Positions 18,796 through 29,952 of a DNA stretch of 64,000 nucleotides are shown here, piece by piece. Below the pieces are notes generated by a model. The model had not been told where the DNA came from and searched no databases. It was given only the letters and a program-made list of their open reading frames with translations. Each line of letters opens with the position of its first letter. Within the stretch, counting starts at the first letter, position 1. The DNA is taken from sequence record MW822008.1, one strand, 5' to 3'. Both the position numbers and the translations under genes were made by a program.

Positions 18796-19920
18796 TTAAT
18801 TATCTAAGCCACCAATTACACTGAACAGTGTGGTAACGTCTGAACTATTATCTATGTAAGTTCTTCTACCAACATAATATAGTTGTCCTTTTGCTTGAAT
18901 AAAAGTTACGGTCCCTGTATTGAATGTTATAATATCATTGTATGTAATGTCAGGTGGTAGTGCTGCTGATAACGCAGTAACTTTACTTAATGCAGCACTA
19001 GTACTACCATTTATACCAGCAGCAATACTACCAGTACCATAGAACTTATTATCTTTACCAATGAATACGTTGGCTGATGCTTGTGTAGCTGATGTTATTG
19101 CCTTACCAATTTGGAATGCGGTTCCTATGGTGTATGGTGTGCTCCTGGCTGCGTCTATGCTTTGTGTATATCCATCCCCTAGCTGACCATTAACTTTGTC
19201 ACCACATGAGTATAAAGTACCATTGAGGCTGTATATGATCCCACGGTTAGAGAAGCTAACAGCTTCTGCATTAGTCCATACTGGAGCGGTGTATGAGTTT
19301 ACACGACTAGCAGTAGTTCCTAGTCCTAGTATACCATATGTGTTATCACCACATCCAAACCATTGTCCAGTACTGTTTTGATAGAACACTGAACGTTCTG
19401 TTGATTCCATGCGTACAGCATCCACAGCACCACTTTTAACGAACGAAGTGGATGAGGATGTAGTACCAGTACCCAATGCACCATAAGTGTTTGTACCAAT
19501 CGCATAGATTGATCCTAGTGGTGTCATCACACGTATACAGTTATATCCCAATTGAACTTTACATTCAAATAGGTTGTCCCATATTTCAGGAACAGCAGAA
19601 AATAAATTTGTAATTTCGAACCATGATGTTGTCGAACCAATTAATCCTATACTGCTTTTGTTTCCTAAAATGAAAACAGTTTTGTCCTTCTTAATTATCC
19701 ATGATGATAGGAAACCTATCTCACAGCTATGAACATTTGATTCTATTTGGGTAATATAATACTTAACTGTGTTATCACCCATGAATGCCGCAGCACCGGA
19801 TGCAAAAAGGTTTCCAGTTTGTTTATTTAAAATGTAGTTATTGTTTCCATATACACTAACATCATAAGAACTTTCTTGTTTTTCGTTCCCATAATCAAAT
19901 AACAATACGAAAGGTAACAT
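18796..19920 (-). CDS. MLPF-tagged RCC1-like beta-propeller protein 1
   Basis: MLPFVLLFDYGN tag; G.N.YG.LG.G repeats. Confidence 0.85.
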   Translation of the reverse strand: MLPFVLLFDYGNEKQESSYDVSVYGNNNYILNKQTGNLFASGAAAFMGDNTVKYYITQIESNVHSCEIGFLSSWIIKKDKTVFILGNKSSIGLIGSTTSWFEITNLFSAVPEIWDNLFECKVQLGYNCIRVMTPLGSIYAIGTNTYGALGTGTTSSSTSFVKSGAVDAVRMESTERSVFYQNSTGQWFGCGDNTYGILGLGTTASRVNSYTAPVWTNAEAVSFSNRGIIYSLNGTLYSCGDKVNGQLGDGYTQSIDAARSTPYTIGTAFQIGKAITSATQASANVFIGKDNKFYGTGSIAAGINGSTSAALSKVTALSAALPPDITYNDIITFNTGTVTFIQAKGQLYYVGRRTYIDNSSDVTTLFSVIGGLDN

Positions 19921-19997
19921 GATAAAATCTCCTTGTGTTATACTTTATTTAATCATTTTATAATGTACAATTTTACAGCGATTTAATTGAGGTACTC

Positions 19998-20648
19998 ATG
20001 AATAAAAGAAGTAAGTTCTATCAAGAATATTTCACTAAACATAAACGATTCACAAAAAAATACTTTACATCATCCCACCGACCAGTTGCAAGTTACAAAC
20101 GTCCTAATACTAACTATCTTGCTGGTGGCAAGTTTAGTGCAAAGTTCGAATTACTTATGCGTGAAAAGAATATCAAGATGCATTACGCAGAGACGAGAAA
20201 AAACTCATCAATTATTTGCTCTGATTTTCTTGAGTACGGTTGCTTAACTTATAAATTCAATGATGTATATTTGTATATTGATGTTGATTGTAACAGTACT
20301 CTTATGTTTGAGATTTCAATTCACCCAAATCACAACCGTTATATAAACATTAACTTGATTGATAAAGTACTGATTGGTATATCTAGTACTGATGGTGGTG
20401 GATTTGAATTTATTGCTTCAAAATATGATGAAGATTTCGTACTTTACCCAGTACTTGATGATGTGAAAGATATTCTCAATTCATTAAAAGGAAGTCAATA
20501 CAAATTATCTGAAGAACAGCTATTTCAGTACTCACTTATTCATGATGATATCGAGATATACTTAGAGTGTGCGAGAATCTTGGAGTATCTTTATAATGAA
20601 CTAACAACAACTGGTAAAGTGACTGCATTCACATTATATAATATGTAA
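19998..20648 (+). CDS. hypothetical protein, basic N-terminus/EExxFQxS family
   Basis: LSEEQLFQYSLIHD; GAGG RBS. Confidence 0.75.
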   Translation: MNKRSKFYQEYFTKHKRFTKKYFTSSHRPVASYKRPNTNYLAGGKFSAKFELLMREKNIKMHYAETRKNSSIICSDFLEYGCLTYKFNDVYLYIDVDCNSTLMFEISIHPNHNRYININLIDKVLIGISSTDGGGFEFIASKYDEDFVLYPVLDDVKDILNSLKGSQYKLSEEQLFQYSLIHDDIEIYLECARILEYLYNELTTTGKVTAFTLYNM

Positions 20649-20680
20649 AAGAAAAGCCAGTACATAGTACTGGCATTATA

Positions 20681-21817
20681 TTAAACTGGTGGAGAATTAT
20701 ATGGCTCAAATTTATAAGTTGTCGTAGCAGTACCAGCAATGGCGTTGTTAGCTAGTATGTACATAGTCCTGTAGTCGATTACCACTACAGTAATACTACC
20801 ACCAAAAGCATAGTCTGTTATGTTATTAGTGTTGAATGGTAAATTAGATGAACTGGTCCATGTATTAGCTGTTGTGCTATTTGTACCATTGGAATAACCT
20901 ACACTAGATGCACCAGTTGTCCATAAGTTTCCATCATTGAACAAGGAGACATGGTTAGTTGTATATGATTTATTAGGTATAGAACTATCAATTGGTGTAT
21001 TCCAAACTTTAGTAACCCATGTTGTAACTGCTGTATTATTAGTAACGCCATTACCTAATGAACCATTTATTGGTATACCTCTTATATAAGAAGTGTTAGT
21101 ACTAGGGTCAACATATCCAAATGTATATGTATCAAATGCAAATTGAAAACAATCAGAACTCGGTAATGTGTACAGTAATGTATATGAAGACGTGTTTATT
21201 GATGAATTTGTACCGTTCACACCTTGGTATAAAATACCACTAGCCAATATTTGATTATTATTTTTTGTTATAGTGTTCATTGATGGATATGTTTTCACAT
21301 CACGCACATCATTAGTCACATATGTTTGTGTTGATAATGCAACGTTACTACCATTACCTATAACCCCTGTATTTGCACCACTCCCATAAAGTGAACCATC
21401 ATTCAAAAGAACCATTGTAACATTACCATTTCCCGTAATTGTTTTAATATTACTAACATCCACCGCAGCAAATACAGTTGATGTTAAATCAGTGAAACGT
21501 GTATAATGTGATGTTGTGCCATTGATTGGTGTCGCAAAACCAGAATACAAAATTCTATTTTCTTTGGTAATAAGGAATGTGCCAGTAACACCATTTGAAT
21601 GGATATCAACAATATTATCGCCCATTAATACCCAATCACTTACGAATGTTGTTGTACCAGTACCCAACCCATATGTCGTATTGTATCCACGTCCATACAC
21701 TCTACCATCACTGAGTAATGTTACCACACATTGACCACCACCACCAAGTATAACTTTTTGTATAGTACTCTTTACTTTTATATTCCCGTACTTAACCATT
21801 CTTGCAAAAGGTAACAT
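20681..21817 (-). CDS. MLPF-tagged RCC1-like protein 2
   Basis: MLPFARMVKYGN; GRVYGRGYN.TYGLG. Confidence 0.85.
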   Translation of the reverse strand: MLPFARMVKYGNIKVKSTIQKVILGGGGQCVVTLLSDGRVYGRGYNTTYGLGTGTTTFVSDWVLMGDNIVDIHSNGVTGTFLITKENRILYSGFATPINGTTSHYTRFTDLTSTVFAAVDVSNIKTITGNGNVTMVLLNDGSLYGSGANTGVIGNGSNVALSTQTYVTNDVRDVKTYPSMNTITKNNNQILASGILYQGVNGTNSSINTSSYTLLYTLPSSDCFQFAFDTYTFGYVDPSTNTSYIRGIPINGSLGNGVTNNTAVTTWVTKVWNTPIDSSIPNKSYTTNHVSLFNDGNLWTTGASSVGYSNGTNSTTANTWTSSSNLPFNTNNITDYAFGGSITVVVIDYRTMYILANNAIAGTATTTYKFEPYNSPPV

Positions 21818-21831
21818 TCTTTTTCTCCTTG

Positions 21832-22980
21832 TTATATTGATGGCATATCCAACACATATGAGTTGCTAGTGATTGATGAATATGTAGAATTTAAACCTGT
21901 ACTATAAACATAATCACCTGCCCATAAGAATGTTCTATCCAATGTTGTATGTATTTCAATATCATCATATGATGATAATGATATTTGTGCTAGTGTATAT
22001 GTAGTAGCATCAATGTTTGAACCAATACCCAAAGTACCATTGTATTGTGATTGGGAGTTTTGACCAGTTGCATATATACCAGATTTGGTTATTAAATGCT
22101 GATTATACATTGACGTACCTTTAAACAATTTAATTAAATTAGAGTTAGGTGTTGTTATTTGTGCAGGAGCAAGTATTGTTGTTGTAGTGCCACCATCACC
22201 TAATTGTCCATATCGTTGGTAACCACCAGCGTATACCTGTTTAACTCCAGTAGTAGTTTCTATAATAAAGAATGAACCATAGCCAGTAGTATTAAAGTCT
22301 ATAATTTTATTTGTACTCAAACCAACATTATATCTAGTAAATGTTGTTGCATTAGCAGAACCACCAGCATTCCCACCGACCATTTGACCACTATAATAAA
22401 ATGCACCAGTACTGTCAGTATAAGCCATACAGTTCTCACTACCATAGATTTTTACTGGTGTACTGGGGAAACTAGAGGTTATATTCACACATGTATTATA
22501 TTTTGCAGTAGTTCCAGTAATTTCACCATTGTTGTTTTGACCAATTGCCCAAACTGTGTCATCGGAACGTATAGCCATTGAGCTAAAAAACGATGACACA
22601 AATTGTTTAATAAAGGAACCAGGGAGGGAAGTAAGCATACTATTGATTTGTGCACTCACATTGGTCCATGTATTCACAACTGAATTGACACCTGCCGCTG
22701 CACCTGAACCTGAACTCCACCATGATTCATCATTCTTTTTAATCAATGTACCGTTAGCAGAACAATAAACATCAGCAACTGAACTATTAACTAATATCCA
22801 TTCCCTCGCTGTTGTGGTATTACCAGTACCTAGCTGTCCTGCTGCATTACTACCCTTAGCATATAAATCACCACTCTGCGTTAAAAGCATAGCATGTTGG
22901 TATCCAGTAGATAATTTCTTTATTTTTGGTAATGCTGGTGCTTCATTTCCATAATCAAACATTCTAACAAAAGGTAACAT
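21832..22980 (-). CDS. MLPF-tagged RCC1-like protein 3
   Basis: MLPFVRMFDYGN; GDLYAKGSNAAGQLGTG. Confidence 0.85.
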   Translation of the reverse strand: MLPFVRMFDYGNEAPALPKIKKLSTGYQHAMLLTQSGDLYAKGSNAAGQLGTGNTTTAREWILVNSSVADVYCSANGTLIKKNDESWWSSGSGAAAGVNSVVNTWTNVSAQINSMLTSLPGSFIKQFVSSFFSSMAIRSDDTVWAIGQNNNGEITGTTAKYNTCVNITSSFPSTPVKIYGSENCMAYTDSTGAFYYSGQMVGGNAGGSANATTFTRYNVGLSTNKIIDFNTTGYGSFFIIETTTGVKQVYAGGYQRYGQLGDGGTTTTILAPAQITTPNSNLIKLFKGTSMYNQHLITKSGIYATGQNSQSQYNGTLGIGSNIDATTYTLAQISLSSYDDIEIHTTLDRTFLWAGDYVYSTGLNSTYSSITSNSYVLDMPSI

Positions 22981-23050
22981 AATTCCCTCCTTTATTCATT
23001 ATACTATATTTAATCAAAAAGAAAAGCCAGCACTCTGTACTGGCATAATA

Positions 23051-24202
23051 TTATTTCCACGGTAGAAGTGAATCTGGAACTCTTGTTGGTACATTGGTTG
23101 TTGACACACCTGTGAGATTTGGAACACCACATGTATATAAATTATCAGCTTCATCCACTAGCATTGTATAAGAATATCCCCTACAAAAACTACCAATTGC
23201 ACGGCCTTCTAATGCAGAAAGATTCATTTCAGTAAATGTTGTTATATTTGCCACGTTTGAACCAACACCACATTGACCATTTGTATTCAGACCACATAAA
23301 AATAACTTATTATTATTTTTAATTGTACATGATGGCCCTGCAAGGTTTGTGCCAAGTTCACCCACCAACTCTATTTCACCTTGGAATGATAAATTTGGAA
23401 TTAATGCACTCATAGGAACTGGTGTTGTATTTCCAGTACCAGCTTGTCCCCTAACGTTAGTTGAAGCCACTTTGACGGTCCCATCATTAAGAAATATATA
23501 AGAAGTTTCAATTGTATTGACTGCTTTAGTCGCAGTAATAATAGAAGATTCTTGAGTAAATGTTAGTACGTTTTGTGCTGATGTTCCTGATACAAATGTA
23601 TTACCTGCGTACCAATATGTGCCATCATTGAGCACTAATCCAGTACTGCGTATTGCACACCCAGCACTTCGAACATTTTCAATAGTACTATAAGTGAATT
23701 GTGTAACGCTTGCAGTTGAACCATTTCCAAATACACCACCTATTCCCGCTCCACAGTAGAACCACTTTCCATTTTTTAAAAATACACGTAAACAACCAGA
23801 TATAACAATATTATCAATATCATCTGCAATAACACCGAAGTCAGCAAAGTTCTGTGTTACTTCAACCCAAACACCGTTGGTATCTGCTGATAATATTGGA
23901 ATTACAGACCTTGAACCAGTGTACCAAATAGTTCCATTTTTCTTAATAGCAATTGTACCTTGAACACCACCCCAATAACGTTCCACATTTGTATTGACAT
24001 TAGTCCATGAAGTTGATGTGTTAGTTGAGCCATATGCACCATTACCGCTTTGTCCATATGTTGCTGTACCATACCAATATAGATCGCCTGTAGTGTGTAA
24101 ATAAAATTTGGAATCAGCCGAGCATTGTAATCTATTTTTAAATATAGGTTTTGGCTCTGGTGCTACATTCCCGAACTTAACCATTCTTGCAAAAGGTAAC
24201 AT
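23051..24202 (-). CDS. MLPF-tagged RCC1-like protein 4
   Basis: true start at tag ATG 24202 after AAGGAGG; MLPFARMVKFGN. Confidence 0.85.
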   Translation of the reverse strand: MLPFARMVKFGNVAPEPKPIFKNRLQCSADSKFYLHTTGDLYWYGTATYGQSGNGAYGSTNTSTSWTNVNTNVERYWGGVQGTIAIKKNGTIWYTGSRSVIPILSADTNGVWVEVTQNFADFGVIADDIDNIVISGCLRVFLKNGKWFYCGAGIGGVFGNGSTASVTQFTYSTIENVRSAGCAIRSTGLVLNDGTYWYAGNTFVSGTSAQNVLTFTQESSIITATKAVNTIETSYIFLNDGTVKVASTNVRGQAGTGNTTPVPMSALIPNLSFQGEIELVGELGTNLAGPSCTIKNNNKLFLCGLNTNGQCGVGSNVANITTFTEMNLSALEGRAIGSFCRGYSYTMLVDEADNLYTCGVPNLTGVSTTNVPTRVPDSLLPWK

Positions 24203-24279
24203 ATTTCCTCCTTTATTCATTATACTATATTTAATATAAAAAGAAAAGCCAGTATCAAGTACTGGCATAGTATTAAGGT

Positions 24280-25410
24280 TTAAATATTTTTATAATTAAT
24301 TTCTACATAGTTACGTTGTGTTCCAGTATATCCTGGAACATTACCTAAATTTCCATTACCTGCACCAAACAGACGTTCTCCGACTGCAAAATATGTCCCA
24401 TAGAAACAACCATCAAACACAGGAACATCATTATAATTTGATATGTAATTATCCATTGAATCCATTCTAGTGTATGCAGTCAGAGTTACATTTGTACCTA
24501 TACCATATGCACCATAAGGGTTAGTACCAGCAACATAATACCCAGTGGGTGTACATATTACTGGTGAATTTGCCCCTGATCTCGTGTGGATAAATCTAAA
24601 TGTACCTTCAGGTACTGGTGCTTCTTTACTGAATAATGTTGTAGCTACTACTGGGTAATCAATACCATAACTATTACCACTCAACCACGTTTTACCATCA
24701 CTATCTTTGAATAATGAACAGGATTGTGTGCATCCGAACAGATTCAAATTGGTTACATTTGGAAATTTACTAATTTGTGTATATACCAGAACTGTGGTTG
24801 CGGTAGCACTACCAAGTTGTCCACGACCATTATCACCCGCACTGTACATGTACCCATCGGTCTTTAATATTATACTAGCGTTTCCTAAAATATCAAAATC
24901 AACAACATCCGTTTGTGTTAATGTAGCTATAGGATAACGAAAATTCACTGCCTCACCAGTACCAAATTGACAATTGGTGTTTACCCCACATCCATATAAG
25001 TTGCCGTTTTGCATTAATATAAACAAACCTGTTGTCATTTTAATTTTCTTAATATTAAGAATATCTATATCTTGGAATATGTGTGTTACATTTACAAATG
25101 TGGTTGAGTTAACAGCACTTGAACCATAATAAGAACCGTTCCCGCTACCAAAGAATTCATCGCCTTTTCTGTACATTGCACATAGACTGCCACCCCATAC
25201 ATCATCAACTCCAGTGTCAATTTGAATAACTGAAGTAACACTAGTTGTTGCACCAGTGCCAAGTTCACCACCTGAATTGAATCCAAAACCATACAAATCT
25301 CCACTTTCGGTGAGCACCAAAACACTGTTAGTGGTTGTGCATGAAATCTTTTTGATATTATTAGATGGTCTTTTATTTCCGTACTTAACCATTCTTGCAA
25401 AAGGTAACAT
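24280..25410 (-). CDS. MLPF-tagged RCC1-like protein 5
   Basis: start 25410; GDLYGFGFNSGGELG. Confidence 0.85.
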   Translation of the reverse strand: MLPFARMVKYGNKRPSNNIKKISCTTTNSVLVLTESGDLYGFGFNSGGELGTGATTSVTSVIQIDTGVDDVWGGSLCAMYRKGDEFFGSGNGSYYGSSAVNSTTFVNVTHIFQDIDILNIKKIKMTTGLFILMQNGNLYGCGVNTNCQFGTGEAVNFRYPIATLTQTDVVDFDILGNASIILKTDGYMYSAGDNGRGQLGSATATTVLVYTQISKFPNVTNLNLFGCTQSCSLFKDSDGKTWLSGNSYGIDYPVVATTLFSKEAPVPEGTFRFIHTRSGANSPVICTPTGYYVAGTNPYGAYGIGTNVTLTAYTRMDSMDNYISNYNDVPVFDGCFYGTYFAVGERLFGAGNGNLGNVPGYTGTQRNYVEINYKNI

Positions 25411-25487
25411 AATTCCTCCTTTATTCATTATACTATATTTAATCAAAAATAAAAGCCAGTATCAAGTACTGGCATAGTTTTATAGTA

Positions 25488-26597
25488 TCATTTCGGCATT
25501 GTAATTGCAGACCATGAGTTCGTGGTAATAGGACCTGGCACATACAAAAAAGAACCACAAGCATAAATTTGATTATTACCATCAAATACTATACTAAAAT
25601 GTGCACATGTGTATAATGCTGATTTTTCTGGGTTGTAATTATCTAAAGTTAGTGTATTGGTGAATCTACTCAAACCACCACCAGAACCATTTCTACCAAA
25701 TTCACCAGTACTATATATCTTTCCTTCGGTTGTTGCGTACATATTAACATATGAAGTTGCACTTGATTTTGATATTTTATGTATCTTACTATCAATAGTA
25801 GTGGAGTTAAATGCAAATGGATATACTTGTGTGTTCGTTGTAATACCGTTACCAAGTTGACCAACATACTGCCAACCTGCGTTGTATATATTGCTGGCTG
25901 AATAAGCAAGAGTACCAGTACTGTTACCACCAAACAGTTTAACACTGGTTAACCTGCTTACTAGTGTAGTATACTGTCCTGGACTTACGCCAAGTGAACC
26001 ATACCCACTACTCCCACAACCGAGAAGTTCACCATTTGATGTTAATATTAATGTGTTATTCTGTGTACCCAATATATCAAGGACTGTATTAGCTCCGGTA
26101 TTAATAACTGAAACAAAAGTACTCTGAGCCGTGGAATACCCACCACCGAGTGAATAGTTACCATTCATGCCTCTACCATAAACAATCGAACCACTAGCAT
26201 CAACGTAGTGCATTGTATCTGCACCAATTGATATCATTTTAATATTAGATATATGTGGAAATGAAGAAGTAACATTCAAACCACCCAACGGAATCGTAGT
26301 ATTTCCTGTGCCTAATTGTGTGGTAACTCCATGCATTATGAATTCTTCACCCTTGATATAAAGAATATTGTACGCCCCAGCCCATGCATCAGTAACACCT
26401 TCTGAAATTAATATCCAAGTATTTCTTGTTGCTGTATTTGTAACGTTTAACTGAAAATACGAATTAACCCCACAACCATAAAGTGAGCCATCGCCATAGA
26501 GGACGTACAAATTATCAAGACCGCACAGTACTTTCTTTATCTTTGGATCTTCAGGTGCAATATTCCCGTAATCAAACATTCTAACAAAAGGTAACAT
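25488..26597 (-). CDS. MLPF-tagged RCC1-like protein 6
   Basis: start 26597; GSLYGCGVNSYFQL. Confidence 0.85.
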   Translation of the reverse strand: MLPFVRMFDYGNIAPEDPKIKKVLCGLDNLYVLYGDGSLYGCGVNSYFQLNVTNTATRNTWILISEGVTDAWAGAYNILYIKGEEFIMHGVTTQLGTGNTTIPLGGLNVTSSFPHISNIKMISIGADTMHYVDASGSIVYGRGMNGNYSLGGGYSTAQSTFVSVINTGANTVLDILGTQNNTLILTSNGELLGCGSSGYGSLGVSPGQYTTLVSRLTSVKLFGGNSTGTLAYSASNIYNAGWQYVGQLGNGITTNTQVYPFAFNSTTIDSKIHKISKSSATSYVNMYATTEGKIYSTGEFGRNGSGGGLSRFTNTLTLDNYNPEKSALYTCAHFSIVFDGNNQIYACGSFLYVPGPITTNSWSAITMPK

Positions 26598-26668
26598 ATT
26601 TCCTCCTTTATTCATTATACTATATTTAATACAAAAAGAAAAGCCAGTATCAAGTACTGGCCTATATC

Positions 26669-27406
26669 TTAGACTGAATTGTCAGGATAATATCTCCCAC
26701 GTCCCCATATTATTCGCACAGCACCACCACCAGCAGCCGTATAAGAAGAATTATCCCATATACTACCACCACCACCATACCTCTTACCAGCACCACCACT
26801 ACCAGCACCACCATTATATGAACCATCGTAGCTACCACCAATACCATTAGCACCTTGAACAATGATACCAGTACCACCACCCGTACCAATGAACGAGGTA
26901 TTATAGAATGCACCACCACCACCGCCCCCGCCAGCACCATTTTCACCAGTGATTGCATTTCCGTTACCACCTTTACCTGTGTAGCCACCAGCACCACCAC
27001 CAATGACTGCACCACCACTTAAACCAGTGTTGCCACCATTACCACCACCATCATTAATAGCGTTAGCAGCTTTTCCACCTAGTCCACCAACCGTATATGC
27101 ACCAGTGAAGCTAACACATAGTTTTTCAGTTCCACGATATAAACCGTTTTCAACTGCTGTAGTAGTGTTGGGATGTGTAAGAGAAACACTTAAGTACTCA
27201 CCACCAGAAACCGGAATATTATTACGCCACGATAAGCCGCCACCAGCACCACGTTGACCACCCGGCGAAATAACACATACTGATATTTCGGTAACGCCAG
27301 CAGGAACTGTAAATTGTGTTGTTCCTATTGTCGTGATTAATTGTTCACCATGTGGCTTATATTCAATTTTATTCCCGAACTTAACCATTCTTGCAAAAGG
27401 TAACAT
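26669..27406 (-). CDS. MLPF-tagged glycine-rich protein 7 (tail-fibre-type Gly-rich domain)
   Basis: FTVPAGVTEISVCVI.PGG...GGGG.VRIIW pattern. Confidence 0.75.
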   Translation of the reverse strand: MLPFARMVKFGNKIEYKPHGEQLITTIGTTQFTVPAGVTEISVCVISPGGQRGAGGGLSWRNNIPVSGGEYLSVSLTHPNTTTAVENGLYRGTEKLCVSFTGAYTVGGLGGKAANAINDGGGNGGNTGLSGGAVIGGGAGGYTGKGGNGNAITGENGAGGGGGGGAFYNTSFIGTGGGTGIIVQGANGIGGSYDGSYNGGAGSGGAGKRYGGGGSIWDNSSYTAAGGGAVRIIWGRGRYYPDNSV

Positions 27407-27477
27407 AATTCCCTCCTTTATTCATTATACTATATTTAACCAAAAAGAAAAGCCAGTATCAAGTACTGGCTTTTACA

Positions 27478-28668
27478 TTACAATTGTCTAGGTGTATCCA
27501 GTACATATCTATTTGTACTAGGACCACCATCATCATAAGTTCCGGTTGAATATATATTTTTCATATCAGCAGTTAGGAAAGTACGTAACGACCCTCGATA
27601 TATTTTTATTTTATCATACATAGAATATGTTATTTCTGACGGCAATGGACATGCAGTAAATTTACCAATGGTAACATTAGAACCAACACCCAATGAACCA
27701 GCATAACTACTCGCATTTAAACCTGTTGCATATACACCAGAACTCGTAACTAGTATACTAGATTGTGCTGGGTATCCAGTATGAATTGAATACAAAGTAC
27801 CGGGTGGTAAGGTTGAACTATTATTTCCTAATACTGCTCGTGCTGTACTAGACGTAGTGTTATTACCCCATGCCCCATTATTGGCGTTCCCACCCACTAG
27901 GAACTGACGTGCTCCTGTACTTGGATTCTCCACTAAAGCACTGACTGCACCAATTGTACATACAACATATTGTAATGTTTTTGTATATGTTGTACTTGGC
28001 TGATATAAAGTATATTGATTGTATGGAGTCCATGTATCAGTAGTACTTATACCTGATGTACTACCACCAATATATAAATTATTTTGTGTATCATAAAACA
28101 TTACACAGCTATTTGTTGACTGTATTCGTGCAATATCAACATTAGGCGTGACAGCTTTTACAAATGATCCATCTGTTATTTGTTGAGTACTACCAGTACC
28201 ATCAGCGAATTGTCTAGCCCCACTCCAACCAGTACTCCATATTGTATTATTATCCATTAAGAAAGTAAACCAAGTAGTACCTGCATACATCTGTTTAATT
28301 GAAGTACCTGAACTTTGTGTGTACAAATTTTCAATATATTGGTTATAACTTAAAAATGATGTAGTACTAGTTTCTAAACCAATATGACCACCATATCCAC
28401 AATAAAAATAATTTAAGTCCTTATCTTGAACTAACAAAGTTCCTTGTGTCATCCAGCAATCTTTGACATTTTCTCTAATTAATGTCCACGACCTTACTGC
28501 ATTATTATTTCCGCGACCGAACTTCCCATAACTATTATTTCCTCGTGCGTATAGTTGACCGTCAGTATAAAGTACAACCACATCAGTATCAGTTGGTATT
28601 ATTTTCTTAATTAGAAGAGGTTCAGGTGTGATATTCCCATAATCAAACAATCTAACAAAAGGTAACAT
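27478..28668 (-). CDS. MLPF-tagged RCC1-like protein 8
   Basis: MLPFVRLFDYGN; GQLYARGNNSYGKFG. Confidence 0.85.
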   Translation of the reverse strand: MLPFVRLFDYGNITPEPLLIKKIIPTDTDVVVLYTDGQLYARGNNSYGKFGRGNNNAVRSWTLIRENVKDCWMTQGTLLVQDKDLNYFYCGYGGHIGLETSTTSFLSYNQYIENLYTQSSGTSIKQMYAGTTWFTFLMDNNTIWSTGWSGARQFADGTGSTQQITDGSFVKAVTPNVDIARIQSTNSCVMFYDTQNNLYIGGSTSGISTTDTWTPYNQYTLYQPSTTYTKTLQYVVCTIGAVSALVENPSTGARQFLVGGNANNGAWGNNTTSSTARAVLGNNSSTLPPGTLYSIHTGYPAQSSILVTSSGVYATGLNASSYAGSLGVGSNVTIGKFTACPLPSEITYSMYDKIKIYRGSLRTFLTADMKNIYSTGTYDDGGPSTNRYVLDTPRQL

Positions 28669-28738
28669 ATTTCCCTCCTTTATTCATTATACTATATTTA
28701 ACCAAAAAGAAAAGCCAGTACTTGATACTGGCGTAATG

Positions 28739-29881
28739 TCAATAAGCTTCCCACGGTAAGGGTGTCTTCCTAAATCCATACCTGGTTGTGGTCGCACCAT
28801 CACCAGCAATGTATCGACCGATACCACATTGGTATAACTCTGTACTACTACATATAGCACCACCAATAGTACCACTACTCCACAGAATTATATTAGAATA
28901 TGTTATTGGTAAATCACTACATTTAGTATATACACCAACGGTAGCAGCCCCACTAATACCACCAAACATACTTCGGTTAGCACCAGTATAATATATACCA
29001 TCTGGACTCATAAATGCAGAGGTGTAAGTTGTACTACAATCCACTGGACTTCTTATAGTATTAAGATCGCCTGGGTATGTCCTGGCACCAAAGGTGTATA
29101 CATTACCATCAGTTGTAATACCATTACCTAACTGCCCACTGTTTTGTCCACCACATGTAAGCAACAATGCAGAACCAGAAACAATTGCAGTAGCATTATA
29201 CGAAGTACCCATCGCAATAGAAGCACCAGACAATAGTTTTGGAGTAACAATAGCTGTTGTATTACCCTGGCCTAATTCACCATTGATATTTCGTCCCCAT
29301 GCGTATATAGAAGTTGTATCCAATCGACATAGTACTGAACCATAACTAAACGTATATCGCATGTCAATTACCGCATTAGGCAAATTAACCTTAGTTGCAA
29401 CACTAATAACACCACCAGTAACACCACTGTTTGCGTTCATGTTACGACCATATGCATATAAAGAACCATCTGAAGTTTTAATATGCATCATACCATCTGT
29501 ACAATACAATGCATCTATACTATCCACTGCAACCGGACCCATACTGGTAGTTATATCGGTCCACCCAAGCGTGGTAGTACTGGAAATTAAGTTATTTCCG
29601 GCGTATAGTATTCTATTATTATTAGTAACTACAACTGTATATCTGGCAGTAACACCAATTAATCGAACATCAGTATATATCTTAGACCACGCACCTAATG
29701 AATTGGTGTTTGCATCCAAAAAGCCCAACTGCCCATCTGTATTGTATCCAATACCCCATACATCACCTGCACTGTCCAATAACACTTCATGTGAAAATCC
29801 AATCTTAAAATCTTTTATTGTAGGAACTACCGGAACTGGTGCAATATTCCCGTACTTAACCATTCTAGCAAAAGGTAACAT
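28739..29881 (-). CDS. MLPF-tagged RCC1-like protein 9
   Basis: IYAWGRNINGELGQG. Confidence 0.85.
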   Translation of the reverse strand: MLPFARMVKYGNIAPVPVVPTIKDFKIGFSHEVLLDSAGDVWGIGYNTDGQLGFLDANTNSLGAWSKIYTDVRLIGVTARYTVVVTNNNRILYAGNNLISSTTTLGWTDITTSMGPVAVDSIDALYCTDGMMHIKTSDGSLYAYGRNMNANSGVTGGVISVATKVNLPNAVIDMRYTFSYGSVLCRLDTTSIYAWGRNINGELGQGNTTAIVTPKLLSGASIAMGTSYNATAIVSGSALLLTCGGQNSGQLGNGITTDGNVYTFGARTYPGDLNTIRSPVDCSTTYTSAFMSPDGIYYTGANRSMFGGISGAATVGVYTKCSDLPITYSNIILWSSGTIGGAICSSTELYQCGIGRYIAGDGATTTRYGFRKTPLPWEAY

Positions 29882-29952
29882 AATTCCCTCCTTTATTCAT
29901 TATACTATATTTAATACAAATAAGAATGCCAGTATCAAGTACTGGCATTATG

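Noticed and set aside
22223-27247. Five Chi octamers on the - strand in the tag array
   Set aside because: All are in-frame Ala-Gly-Gly codons of Gly-rich proteins, so they were not counted as signal.
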